Below, piece after piece: positions 36,934-46,053 of a DNA stretch of 64,000 bases. Position numbers and translations under genes: made by a program. The notes beneath the pieces were generated by a model. That model had not been told where the DNA came from, did not search any database, and saw nothing but the letters and a program-made list of their open reading frames with translations. Numbering within the stretch: position 1 is the first letter of the stretch; each line of letters opens with the position of its first letter. Source of the DNA: an uncultured Actinomycetes bacterium (GTDB taxonomy: Bacteria > Actinomycetota > Thermoleophilia > Solirubrobacterales > Solirubrobacteraceae); the NCBI GenBank assembly GCA_963817035.1, contig CAWFMM010000003.1, forward strand, positions 759,910-823,909, written 5' to 3'.

Positions 36934-38328
36934 ACGTCTGATTGGACGCGACCTCGGTGAACCCGGACGGCGCGGTGTTGTCAACCGCCGAGGCGCCGGC
37001 CGCGCGACCAAACCGATTCACCGCCTTGTCACCCGAGATCACCAGCGCAACGCCGCGGGTGAATGCGTGGTTGCTGCGGGATCCCACCTCGTGCGGCGTC
37101 GCATCCAGGATCCAGCGCGTGTCGGGCACGAGCCGGTAGTTGGGCAGCGTCAGCGCGCCGCAGCGCCGCGCGGCGACGACGGCCGGCCGGCGGAGGATCG
37201 CCTCGAGTCGCCGATGGGACTGATGGACGAAGCGCAGCTCGTTGACCGCGCGGCGGATCGAGCCGCTGTGGACGACGAAGACGGCACCTACGGCGACGAT
37301 GAAGACGGCGGCGACCGCGGCGACGCGGGGGCCGAGCTCGCGACCCACCCATTGCACGAGCTCGACCGCGACCCAGCCGGCGAACAGGCACAGCGCGACC
37401 GCGGGGACGGTCAGATAGCGCGGCAGTAGCGAGAGCCCCGCCGCTCCGAACGCGACGAACGCCAGCGCCCCGGCGCCGAGCAGGGCGAGCGGAACCTCGA
37501 CCGCGCCGCGCGGCTTGCGTCCGCGTCGCCCACCGCAGGACACACAGCCACGCCGCGCCGATCGACGCCCGCCACCACCACCGGCGCGCGGACCGTCGAG
37601 TCCAGCGCGCTGACCAGCGCGTGCGGCACCGCCCCGAGCCCCGTCACCCGATGCAGCTGATCGGCCTGTCCGCTCGTCGCGTGCAGCGAGTACAGCGGGT
37701 CGCCGGTCGACGCGGCGTCGACGATCACCCAGACCAGCGGCGCCGCGACGACCATCGCGAACAGGTCCCAGCGCCGCCGGCCGACCCACAGCCAGTAGAC
37801 CCCGGCCAGCAGCCACGCCTCGGGGCGCAGCAGCCCGGCCGCCAGCAGCAGCCCCATGACGACACGCGGTCGCCCGCGCGGCGTGCGCGCCTCGACCGCC
37901 GCCGCCCACATCACGCAGGCGACGAACGGAACGTCGACGTACGCCCGCGCCGCGTAGAGCAGCAGGGCGGGCGAGCCGAGGACGATCAGCGCCGCGACCA
38001 GCCCCGACCACGGCCCGAAGACCGCCGCGCCGGTGCGAAACGTCGCCCACACCAGCATCACGAACGCGATCACGCAGACCGCGACGAGCAGGCGGTCGGC
38101 GTCGGCGCCGACCGGCGTCAGCAGCGCGCTGACGCCGAGGAACAGCGGGTGGTGCGTCGGTGCCTGGTACGCCGTGAACGTCGGCGCGATCCCGTGCATC
38201 AGCTCGCGCCCCCAGACGAGCGAGTAGTAGCTGTCGTAGCCCGGGACGCTGGGGATCGCGAAGAACAGCACCGCGGCCGTGAACGCGAGCAGTCCGACGG
38301 CGCCCAGCTCCGCGCGCCGGGCGCTCAT
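36896..38328 (-). pseudogene. polytopic membrane protein, GT-C-like (ArnT/PMT_2-type) glycosyltransferase; one or two frame changes between about 37500 and 37590
   Basis: N-terminal part is ORF 37411..38328 (MSARRAELGAVGLLAFTAAVLFFAIPSVPGYDSYYSLVWGRELMHG..). The C-terminal part is only readable in the frame of ORF 36896..38341 (..AVEVPLALLGAGALAFVAFGAAGLSLLPRYLTVPAVALCLFAGW..TAYEACARGKP). Confidence 0.6.
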
Positions 38329-39767
38329 GGCAGGCCGACACCGAGCCCGAGCAGCGCCCAGGTCAGCGGGTCCTCCAGGAACGCCGCATAGAGCAGCGTG
38401 TGGAAGACGAGCGCCGTGAACGACGCGGCGACCACGGCCCGCACCGGCGACCCGCGGGCGCGGCGGAACAGCACCATGAACGCCGACCCGAGCAGCAGCA
38501 GGTACAGCGCGATGCCGAAGATCCCCTGCTCGGCGGCGACGGTCAGCGGGATCGTGTGCGACGCCGAGACCGCCTTCTCGCTCGAGGACTTGTCGTGGCG
38601 GCGAAACTCGCGCGAGAACGACCCGGCGCCGTAGCCCTGCAGCGGCCGGTCGGCGAACAGGTTGGCTCCGCCCTTGATCAGGTCATAGCGCCCGCTCGTC
38701 GCGGTGTCGGCGGACTTCGAGTCGCCGAGATGCAACCGCACGGTCGACGGCGCGCCGACGGCCAGGATCACGCCGACGAGCAACGTCGCCGCGGCGCCGA
38801 TCAGCGCCCAGCGCACGCTCCAGCGCAGCGCCCCGAGCACCGCCAAGCCCACGAGCAGCGCGCCGAAGCTCGACTGCGACAGCGTCAGCACGAGCCCGGC
38901 CCACAGCAGCACGAGCACCGCGGCGCCGCCGAGCACGACACGCCGCTCCTTCGTCCACAGCACGACGCCGGTCACGCCGAGCATCACGATGACGAGGAAG
39001 CGCCCGAAGATGTTCGGGTCGAAGAACAGCGAGTTGACGCGGAAGTACGGCGCGAACTGATTGTCGGCGATCACCTTCGGGTTCAGCAGCAGGTGGCGCG
39101 TGTGGTACTCCCAGAACCCGATTCCGACGAAGACGACGGCCAGCGCGACGAGCACCCCGAGGCACTGCACGGCGAGCCGCGTCGTCCACGCCACGCGGCG
39201 CATGAGCACGAACATGATCGAGAACGGGACGTAGAAGAAGACGACCTGCTGCAGCGCCCGCGTGAAGTCCGAGGAGTACGACGCCTGGACCGCGTAGAGC
39301 GTGACGAGACCCATCAGCGACCACTCGAGCCACCCGGCCGGCTTCTCGGCGCTGTCATCTCGCTCGTGGCCGAGCAGACGCGGAACCGCGAAGGCCAGCG
39401 CGCCGGCGCCGACGACGACGTAGAGCGGCACGAGCAGGTTCGAGGTCGACCCGCCGGCGGTGATCGGGATCCGGAACGGCAGCGCGGCGGCCAGTGCGAG
39501 CGGCAGCAGGATCGGCTTGCGGTCGATCAGCCACGCGAAGATCCCCAGCCCGACGAGGCCGACGACCGCGCCGCCGAACAGCAGCGGCGGGTGGTGGCGC
39601 AGGACCGCGAACTGCGACGAGTCGTAGATCGAGCTGATCAGGATGACCAGCGCGAGCGCGAGCGTCGCGAGCATCGCGGCGGCGCGCACGCGCGCGTGAA
39701 CGGGCGTCACGAGCACCGTGGCGGCGGCGAGGAGCGCGCAGGCGATCAGCGGGACAGGAGCGTCCAT
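38325..39767 (-). CDS. O-antigen ligase / Wzy-type polymerase family membrane protein
   Basis: 480 aa with about 11 TM segments and a large loop. The Wzy_C-like stretch is LLWAGLVLTLSQSSFGALLVGLAV and HTIPLTVAAEQGIFG. ATGA overlap with the downstream gene. Confidence 0.8.
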   Translation of the reverse strand: MDAPVPLIACALLAAATVLVTPVHARVRAAAMLATLALALVILISSIYDSSQFAVLRHHPPLLFGGAVVGLVGLGIFAWLIDRKPILLPLALAAALPFRIPITAGGSTSNLLVPLYVVVGAGALAFAVPRLLGHERDDSAEKPAGWLEWSLMGLVTLYAVQASYSSDFTRALQQVVFFYVPFSIMFVLMRRVAWTTRLAVQCLGVLVALAVVFVGIGFWEYHTRHLLLNPKVIADNQFAPYFRVNSLFFDPNIFGRFLVIVMLGVTGVVLWTKERRVVLGGAAVLVLLWAGLVLTLSQSSFGALLVGLAVLGALRWSVRWALIGAAATLLVGVILAVGAPSTVRLHLGDSKSADTATSGRYDLIKGGANLFADRPLQGYGAGSFSREFRRHDKSSSEKAVSASHTIPLTVAAEQGIFGIALYLLLLGSAFMVLFRRARGSPVRAVVAASFTALVFHTLLYAAFLEDPLTWALLGLGVGLP

Positions 39768-41579
39768 ATCCGTTCGTACAGCTGCGCGCTGTCGCGGTCG
39801 GTGAGCAGTTTCGAGGAGAAGTCGGGCAGGCCGACGCGGATCACGAGGCCGCGGCCGTAGCGGGCGGCGACGATGACGATCCGCCCGCGCTCGTCGACCG
39901 CGTCGGTGGCCAGGCGCAGACGCGTGCCGAGCGACGTCGTCGGCTCGTAGCGCGTGTAGCCGGTGAACTCGCCGTCGGTGCCGACGAACAGCGGCACCGC
40001 CGCGCTCAGCGTCAGGTTGGTCAGCGTCACCGGGCGGTTGACGATCGGCAGGATCCGCGAGCCGAAGAGGTCGGCGGGCGCGCGGCGGGTCGGCGCGTGC
40101 AGGCGGCCGGTCCTCGGCGAGATCTCGACGCTGCGCATCAGCGAGTCGGTGCCCAGGGACGCGAGCACGCCGCCCTCGCGGACGAACGACCGCATCTGGT
40201 CGGCGAGCCGGGCGGTGATCCAGCGCTCGTCACCGGCCAGCAGCACGCCGTGATGGCCCGCCAGCTGCGGCCCGACGCCGGCGGCGAGCGCGAGGTCGGT
40301 CGTGATGTCGTAGCCGTGCTTGTTGCGATCGAGTGCGGCGACCGCGTTGGCCTCGTTGGCTCCGAAGCCGATCGGCAGGCCGTCGCCCGCGAACGGCCGC
40401 GTCTGTGGGACCGAGACGCCCGCGTCGAGCGTGTCGGGCTCGCCGTCGCCGTCGCTGTCGACCAGGTTGCGCCCCTGCCAGGTGATGGCCGGCAGGACGA
40501 CGAGCACGCCGCGCGGCGCGGTCAGCGTGCCGACCCCCGAGCCGCTGACCACGAACGGCACGCGCTTGGTCGTGTGCCCGCGGTGGACGCTGAGCAGGTA
40601 GACGCCGGCCGGGCCGTGGGGCGCCGGGATCGTCAGCTTGACGTCGCGCGAGATGCCCGAGCGCAGCGGCTTCTGCGGCCCGCCGACGCGGCGCACCGAC
40701 CACGCGTAGGCGTGCTTGCGCGCGCCGACGAAGAACATCACCGGCGCGCCCTGGGTCGTCGGCGTCAGTGGCGTCTGGACGACGAGATCGGAGACCGTGA
40801 TGCCGCCGTGGCCGCGCAGGCGATGGCCGTGGCGCGTGCGCGGCAGGCCGTCGGCGTCGAGCGCGGGCGTCGCACCGCGGTTGCCGGCCTTGTCGCGCGC
40901 CTGGACGCCGACGAGGTAGACGCCCTCGGGCACCGGGCGGCCCTGGTCGTCGCGGCCGTCCCACTGCGACGCTGGTCAGCGGCGGGGCACTGTCGGGCAC
41001 GTCGAGCGTGCGCACGACGAGCGCCGGGCTGACGTCGGTGCGGTAGATCGTGACGACGCGATGGAGACCGGGCGCGGCGAGGTGGATCGTCGTCGGCGTC
41101 CCGCCGGACGGGATGATCTCGGGGCCCGCCCCCCGGCCCTTCTTCGACCCGACGCCGGTGACGACCGGGGCCGGGGCCGTCGTGTCGAGCCGGAACGTGC
41201 GCGGGAAGATGAACGAGCGGCCCTGGCTGCGCAGGATCACCCGCGCACGGTAGGGGCCGTCGGGGGCGATCTTGCCGCCGTCGGTCCTGCCGTTCCAGGT
41301 CAGGTGCAGCTTGCGAAACGCGCCGATGTGCCGGTCGGCGATCAGGCGGCGGACGCGATCGCCGGCGTGGTTGACGATGTCGACGGTGACGTCGTCGGCC
41401 TTCTTGACCGCGAAGGAGATGGGCACGTCCTCGTAGCGCCCCACGTGGCCGTTCAGGTAGGGCCCGCTGCGGAACTCCTGCACCGCCGCGGTCCCGTGCT
41501 TGAGGCGCTGGGCGACGAAGAACGCGGCGAACGTCGCGATGGCGAGCACGGCGAACACGCCGGCGGCCAGCCGGTTCAC
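39746..41579 (-). pseudogene. membrane-anchored protein with FlgD-Ig-like domains and a large C-terminal domain of unknown function; +1 frame break near 40963..40975
   Basis: GTG 41579 with GGAG 10 nt upstream (VNRLAAGVFAVLAIATFAAFFVAQRL..LTWNGRTDGGKIAPDGPYRARV..DVPDSAPPLTS). It continues in ORF 39746..40933 with a second FlgD-Ig motif, WDGRDDQGRPVPEGVYLVGVQARDKAGN. Confidence 0.65.
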
Positions 41580-42112
41580 GGACCGAGCTCCACCAGTTCG
41601 GCGTTCGGCAACGGGGCGCCGCGCAGCGCCGGGTCGCCGCGTTCGTGAGCGAGGATCAGCCGCATCGTCCCGCGATGAGACACGACGAGCGCGGGACGGG
41701 CGCCGGCACGGACGTCGGCGATCGCGGCCAGCGCGCGCTGCTCCTGCTCCTCGAACGACTCGCCGCCGGGGAAGCGGAAGCCGGCGCGGCCTGCCGCGAA
41801 GCCGGCGAAGCCGTCGGGATCGGCGGCGATGACCTGCTCGAACGAGAGGTCGGTCCAGTCGCCACAGTCGGTCTCGGCCAGGCGCATGTCGGGCACGGGA
41901 TCCAGGCCGATCGCCGCGCCGACGATCGTCGCGGTCTCGAGCGCGCGGGCGAGCGGGCTGCAGACCAGGACCGCCCATTCCTTCTCGGCCGCCGCCTCGG
42001 CGAGCACGTGCGCCTGGGCCCGGCCGGTGTCGTTGAGCGGAACCGGGAGATGGCCCTGGAAGCGGCGCTCGTGGTTGTAGGCCGTCTGGCCGTGGCGCGC
42101 GAGCCAGATCAC
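41576..42112 (-). CDS. histidine phosphatase (phosphoglycerate-mutase-like) family protein
   Basis: GTG 42112 (VIWLARHGQTAYNHERRFQG..LVVSHRGTMRLIL), with RHG and H catalytic motifs. GTGA overlaps with both neighbours. Confidence 0.85.
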   Translation of the reverse strand: MIWLARHGQTAYNHERRFQGHLPVPLNDTGRAQAHVLAEAAAEKEWAVLVCSPLARALETATIVGAAIGLDPVPDMRLAETDCGDWTDLSFEQVIAADPDGFAGFAAGRAGFRFPGGESFEEQEQRALAAIADVRAGARPALVVSHRGTMRLILAHERGDPALRGAPLPNAELVELGP

Positions 42113-42864
42113 GACATGTGCCCGACGGTGTCGGCGCGCAGGCCGAGGCGCAGGGTCTCGAGGCTCAGGACGTCGTCGGGGGCGATGTTGCCGAGGTTGA
42201 CCTCGGCCCCGAAGCGGCGCAGGAACCAGACCTGCTGATCCTTCTGGGGCGCCTCGAACAGGACGCGGCTGATGTCGATCGCGTGGGCGATCTCGTCGAT
42301 CAGTCCCATGCGCACCTCGCCGTCGGGGCGGTAGATCCCGGCCGTCCCGGTCTCGCGCGCCTCGGCGATGACCTTGAACGCCCCGGCCTCGAGCTCGGCC
42401 TCGATCTGCTCGACCCAGCGGTAGGGGGCCATGATCTCCTCGGCGTCCTTGGAGCCGACCTCGCTGAAGACGGTGAACCCCTCGCCGGCCAGCCGCGTGA
42501 TCAGCGCGAGCTTCTCCTCGCGGGCCAGGGCGATCGTCCCGTCGGAGATCTCGATGTGCGCCAGGCCGAGCTCGCGCAGCCACGCGACCAGGTCGTCGCC
42601 GCGATCCTGGCTCAGCGCGACCTCGGTCAGCGTGCCGCCGAGGACGACCGAGATCCCGTGCGCGCGGTAGCGCTCGAGCTTGGCCTCGAGGTTGGCGGTG
42701 ACCAGGGCCGTCCCCCAGCCGAGCTTGACGATGTCGATGTACGGCCCGGCGACCTCGACCAGACCATCGACGGCGGCGACCGACAGGCCGCGATCGAGGA
42801 CGTGGGTGAGTCCCGCCGAGCGCGGCTTGACGCTGCGCGGCGGGAGGTCGAGGAGGCTGGTCAT
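42109..42864 (-). CDS. comA: (2R)-phospho-3-sulfolactate synthase (ComA family)
   Basis: 251 aa: MTSLLDLPPRSVKPRSAGLTHVLDRGL..YIDIVKLGWGTALV..LGLAHIEISDGTIAL..FTVFSEVGSKD..VIAEARETGTAGIY. Full-length family-like pattern. Confidence 0.8.
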   Translation of the reverse strand: MTSLLDLPPRSVKPRSAGLTHVLDRGLSVAAVDGLVEVAGPYIDIVKLGWGTALVTANLEAKLERYRAHGISVVLGGTLTEVALSQDRGDDLVAWLRELGLAHIEISDGTIALAREEKLALITRLAGEGFTVFSEVGSKDAEEIMAPYRWVEQIEAELEAGAFKVIAEARETGTAGIYRPDGEVRMGLIDEIAHAIDISRVLFEAPQKDQQVWFLRRFGAEVNLGNIAPDDVLSLETLRLGLRADTVGHMS

Positions 42865-42882
42865 GACGCCCGGGCGGGGCGA

Positions 42883-44052
42883 CTACCCGAGGTCGGCGCC
42901 GACGGTCACGACGACGCTCAGATTCTCGCCGGACGGCAACGCCGATTGAGCCACGACCTTGGTGTCCGCGTCGAGCGGAACGATCGCATCGCGGCCGAGC
43001 GCGAGCGTCTTCGCCACGGCGAGCGCCGAGCTCTTCTGGCCCGGCGCGTAGGCGACGGTCGTCGCAGAGTGGGTCTGGTCGCTGGCGTTCGTCTCGGCCT
43101 CCTTCGGGACGGTGAAGCCCGCGCCCGAGAGCTTGTCGCCGGTCGTCTTGGCCAGGCCGAAGACCAGCGTGCCGTTGAGCACGCCGACCGTGATCTGGTT
43201 GCGCGGCGGCGCATTGCTCGCGCTCCCGCCCGTGACCCCGCCCGAGGTCACCGCGGTCGGCGTCTTGGTCGTCGTGACGATCTTGTTCGGTGCGGCGGCG
43301 TTCTTGGAGTCGCCGCCGAACGGGTTGATCAGGACGAGGGCGATGATGACGAGCGCGAGCACGCCGCCACCGATCAGCAGCCGGTTGCGCCATGGCGAGT
43401 GCTCGTCCTCGGGCTCCTCGGGCGGCGGCGTCCCGTTGCGCGGGCGCCGCGCGGGCGTCGGGCTGGCCGAGGCGCGGGCGCGAGCCGACGCGGGGATCGG
43501 GGCCATCGCCACGCTGGTCTGGCCGATGTCGTCCTCGGTGTCACCGGAGCTCTCGGCGGGTGTGTCGTCGCTCGGCGCGTCGGGCTTGATGATGCTCGTC
43601 GCCTCGGCGTCGGCGTCGGGTGTCTCCTCGCCGGTCGCGGCCTCGGCGTCGGTCGCGGCCTCGGCGTCGGGCTTCTCGCCGTTGTCGTCCGTGCCGTCGG
43701 TCGCCGCAGCGACCCCCGCGGCTCGCGCAACCCCCAGCGCGGCGAGCGCCGCCGGCTTGGCCGCCGCCGGCGGCGGCGACGACTGCGCGGCGACCGTCGC
43801 GGGCTCGGGCCGGGCGATCGGCTCGGCGACGATCCGCTTGTTCGGGTCGGCCATCGCCCGCGCGCCAACCTCGGCGGCGCGCTCGGGGCCTCGCCCCGCC
43901 CACTCGCGCAGGCGCTTGACCTCGCGGGCCTGGGCGAAGTACAGGACGCTCAGGACCGCGAGCCCGATGATCGCCGCGAAGCCGGCGTAGGCACCGTAGG
44001 TCTTGATCTGATGCGTGAGGTTGAGCGTGTCAGCGAGGATTGCTGGCGTCAT
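42883..44052 (-). CDS. membrane-anchored protein with an acidic/Pro-rich linker and a LytR_C-like C-terminal domain
   Basis: 389 aa with an N-terminal TM (YAGFAAIIGLAVLSVLYFA) and a second TM. C-terminal region: ITVGVLNGTLVFGLAKTTGDKLSGAGFTV..TTVAYAPG. Confidence 0.7.
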   Translation of the reverse strand: MTPAILADTLNLTHQIKTYGAYAGFAAIIGLAVLSVLYFAQAREVKRLREWAGRGPERAAEVGARAMADPNKRIVAEPIARPEPATVAAQSSPPPAAAKPAALAALGVARAAGVAAATDGTDDNGEKPDAEAATDAEAATGEETPDADAEATSIIKPDAPSDDTPAESSGDTEDDIGQTSVAMAPIPASARARASASPTPARRPRNGTPPPEEPEDEHSPWRNRLLIGGGVLALVIIALVLINPFGGDSKNAAAPNKIVTTTKTPTAVTSGGVTGGSASNAPPRNQITVGVLNGTLVFGLAKTTGDKLSGAGFTVPKEAETNASDQTHSATTVAYAPGQKSSALAVAKTLALGRDAIVPLDADTKVVAQSALPSGENLSVVVTVGADLG

Positions 44053-44064
44053 TGCCGGGGCAGT

Positions 44065-45990
44065 CTAGGGCGCTTCGCGGAGCGCTGGCGCCGTCCGGAC
44101 CGCCGACAGCTCGGCCACCCGGGCCGCCAGACCCGCCGCATCGCCCTCGAGAACCAGCAGTCCGATCTGATCGAACATCTCCGCCACCGCGCCCGAATCG
44201 AGCGGTTCACGCTCGGCGCGGACGATCTTCTCGGCGGGCGTGAGCTGCGGGCGCTCGTAGTCGTTGAACAGCTCCTCGTGGAGCTTTTCGCCCGGCCGGC
44301 GACCGACGATCTCGATCGCGATGTCGGTGTCGGGCTTGAGCCCGGAGAGCTCGATCATGTCGCGCGCCAGGGCCATGATCGAGACCGGCTCGCCCATCTC
44401 GAGCACGTAGACCTCGCCGCCGTCGCCCAGCGATCCGGCGCGAATGACGAGCTGCACGGCCTCCGGAATCGTCATGAAGTAGCGCGTCATCCGCTCGTCG
44501 GTCACCGTGACGGGCCCGCCGAGCGCGATCTGACGACGGAAGATCGGGACGACCGAGCCGGAGGAGCCGAGCACGTTGCCGAAGCGCACGGTCGAGAAGC
44601 GCGTGGAAGGCCAGCGCCCCTGGGCCTCCTCGACCGCCCATTCGGCCAGCGCCTTGGACGCGCCCATGACCGTCGCCGGCGAGACCGCCTTGTCGGTCGA
44701 GACGAGAACGAAGCGCTTGACGCCCGTCTCGCCGCAGATGCGGGCCATCAGCCGCGTGGCGATCGCGTTGTTGCGCACCGCCTCGACCGGGTTTCGCTCC
44801 ATCAGCCCGACGTGCTTGTAGGCCGCCGCATGGAAGACGACGGTCGGGCGATGCTCGGCCAGCACCTCGCGCATCCGTTCGCCCTCCTTGCAGTCGGCAA
44901 GCACCGGCTGGAGCGTCGAGGGATGGACGTGGCGGTCGTCCTCGAGCTCGCGCTGGATGCGGAACAGGTGCTCCTCCGCGTGGTCGATGAGGATCATCTG
45001 GCGCGGCGCGACACGCGCGATCTGGCGACAGAGCTCCGAGCCGATCGAGCCGCCCGCGCCCGTGACCATGACGACCTCGCCGCTGAGGTAGGCGCCGACG
45101 CGATCGAGCTCCATGCGCACCGGCTCGCGCCCGAGGATGTCCTCGACCTCGACGCCACGGACCTGGCGCACGAAGTTGCCACCGCTCCCGGCCAGCAGCT
45201 CGAAGACCGTCGGCAGGGTGCGCACCGGGACGCCGCGCTCGCGGCACGCGCGCACGACGTCGCCCCGCAGCGCCCCGGACGCGGACGGGATCGCGATCAT
45301 CACCTCGTCGGGCTCGACCTCGTCGAGGATCCGATCGAGCTCGCGGCGCGGTCCGAGGACCTTCACGCCGTCGACGCGCTGGCCATGCAGGCGCGCGTCG
45401 TCGTCGACGAAGCCGACCGGATTCAGCCTGAGGTCGGGGTTGCGCATCACCTCACGCAGGACGAGGCGGCCGCCGTCGCCGGCGCCGACGATCAACACGC
45501 GCCGCGCATCACTGCGGGGCCTGAACCCGCGCAGTGGGCGTTCGTAGATCGTGCGCGCGATGAACCGCGCACCGCCGACCAGGCCGAGGGTGATGAGGAA
45601 GAAGAAGGCGAGAACACCCGGCGGGACGTTGACGCTCGCGCGCCCACCGGGGGGACCGGCGATCAGCGGATGCGTGACGACAACGAAGCCGGCGATCGAC
45701 AGCGTCGCCACGCTCACCGCTTCGATGATCGCGACGTAGTCGCGCTGGCCCACATAGCGCCACCACTTCTGGTAGAGCCCGAAGAGCGTGAAGATGATCA
45801 GGCTCGAGACGACCGTCCACGCGATCGTGCTCTCGAACAGCTGCTCGTAGCGCGCCGGGACGTGGCGGAAGTCAAACCGCAGGCGGTAGGCGAGGAAATA
45901 GGCCGCGGCGACCAGCACCGCATCGAGCACGACCTGCCCAAACGAGTGCCGGTGCAGCGGGACGGTCGCCGATCTCATGCGTCGGCGCAT
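44065..45990 (-). CDS. membrane-bound nucleotide-sugar 4,6-dehydratase (CapD/PglF/WbpM family)
   Basis: The last 641 aa of the 1051-aa track ORF: MRRRMRSATVPLHRHSFGQVVLDAVLVAAAYFLAYRL, 4 TM segments, VLIVGAGDGG, VMVTGAGGSIGSEL, FHAAAYKHV and STDKAVSPATVMGASK. Confidence 0.9.
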   Translation of the reverse strand: MRRRMRSATVPLHRHSFGQVVLDAVLVAAAYFLAYRLRFDFRHVPARYEQLFESTIAWTVVSSLIIFTLFGLYQKWWRYVGQRDYVAIIEAVSVATLSIAGFVVVTHPLIAGPPGGRASVNVPPGVLAFFFLITLGLVGGARFIARTIYERPLRGFRPRSDARRVLIVGAGDGGRLVLREVMRNPDLRLNPVGFVDDDARLHGQRVDGVKVLGPRRELDRILDEVEPDEVMIAIPSASGALRGDVVRACRERGVPVRTLPTVFELLAGSGGNFVRQVRGVEVEDILGREPVRMELDRVGAYLSGEVVMVTGAGGSIGSELCRQIARVAPRQMILIDHAEEHLFRIQRELEDDRHVHPSTLQPVLADCKEGERMREVLAEHRPTVVFHAAAYKHVGLMERNPVEAVRNNAIATRLMARICGETGVKRFVLVSTDKAVSPATVMGASKALAEWAVEEAQGRWPSTRFSTVRFGNVLGSSGSVVPIFRRQIALGGPVTVTDERMTRYFMTIPEAVQLVIRAGSLGDGGEVYVLEMGEPVSIMALARDMIELSGLKPDTDIAIEIVGRRPGEKLHEELFNDYERPQLTPAEKIVRAEREPLDSGAVAEMFDQIGLLVLEGDAAGLAARVAELSAVRTAPALREAP

Positions 45991-46053
45991 CCGCGGAAGT
46001 GTAGAGCCCGCATCAGGCCTCAAGCGAGCCTGAATTCGGCCGACCATCGGGGA

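Noticed and set aside
42109-42864. ComA as evidence for coenzyme M biosynthesis or methanogen-like metabolism
   Set aside because: ComB, ComC and ComDE are not in the window, and the organism is a GC-rich bacterium. A ComA homolog alone is known from bacteria, for example in sporulating Bacillus making sulfolactate.
43380-43720. Tandem-looking GCCTCGGCGTCGG repeats
   Set aside because: They lie inside the coding sequence of the LytR_C-domain protein and encode its acidic low-complexity linker (DAEAATDAEAATGEETPDADAEAT). This is not a non-coding repeat or CRISPR-like array.
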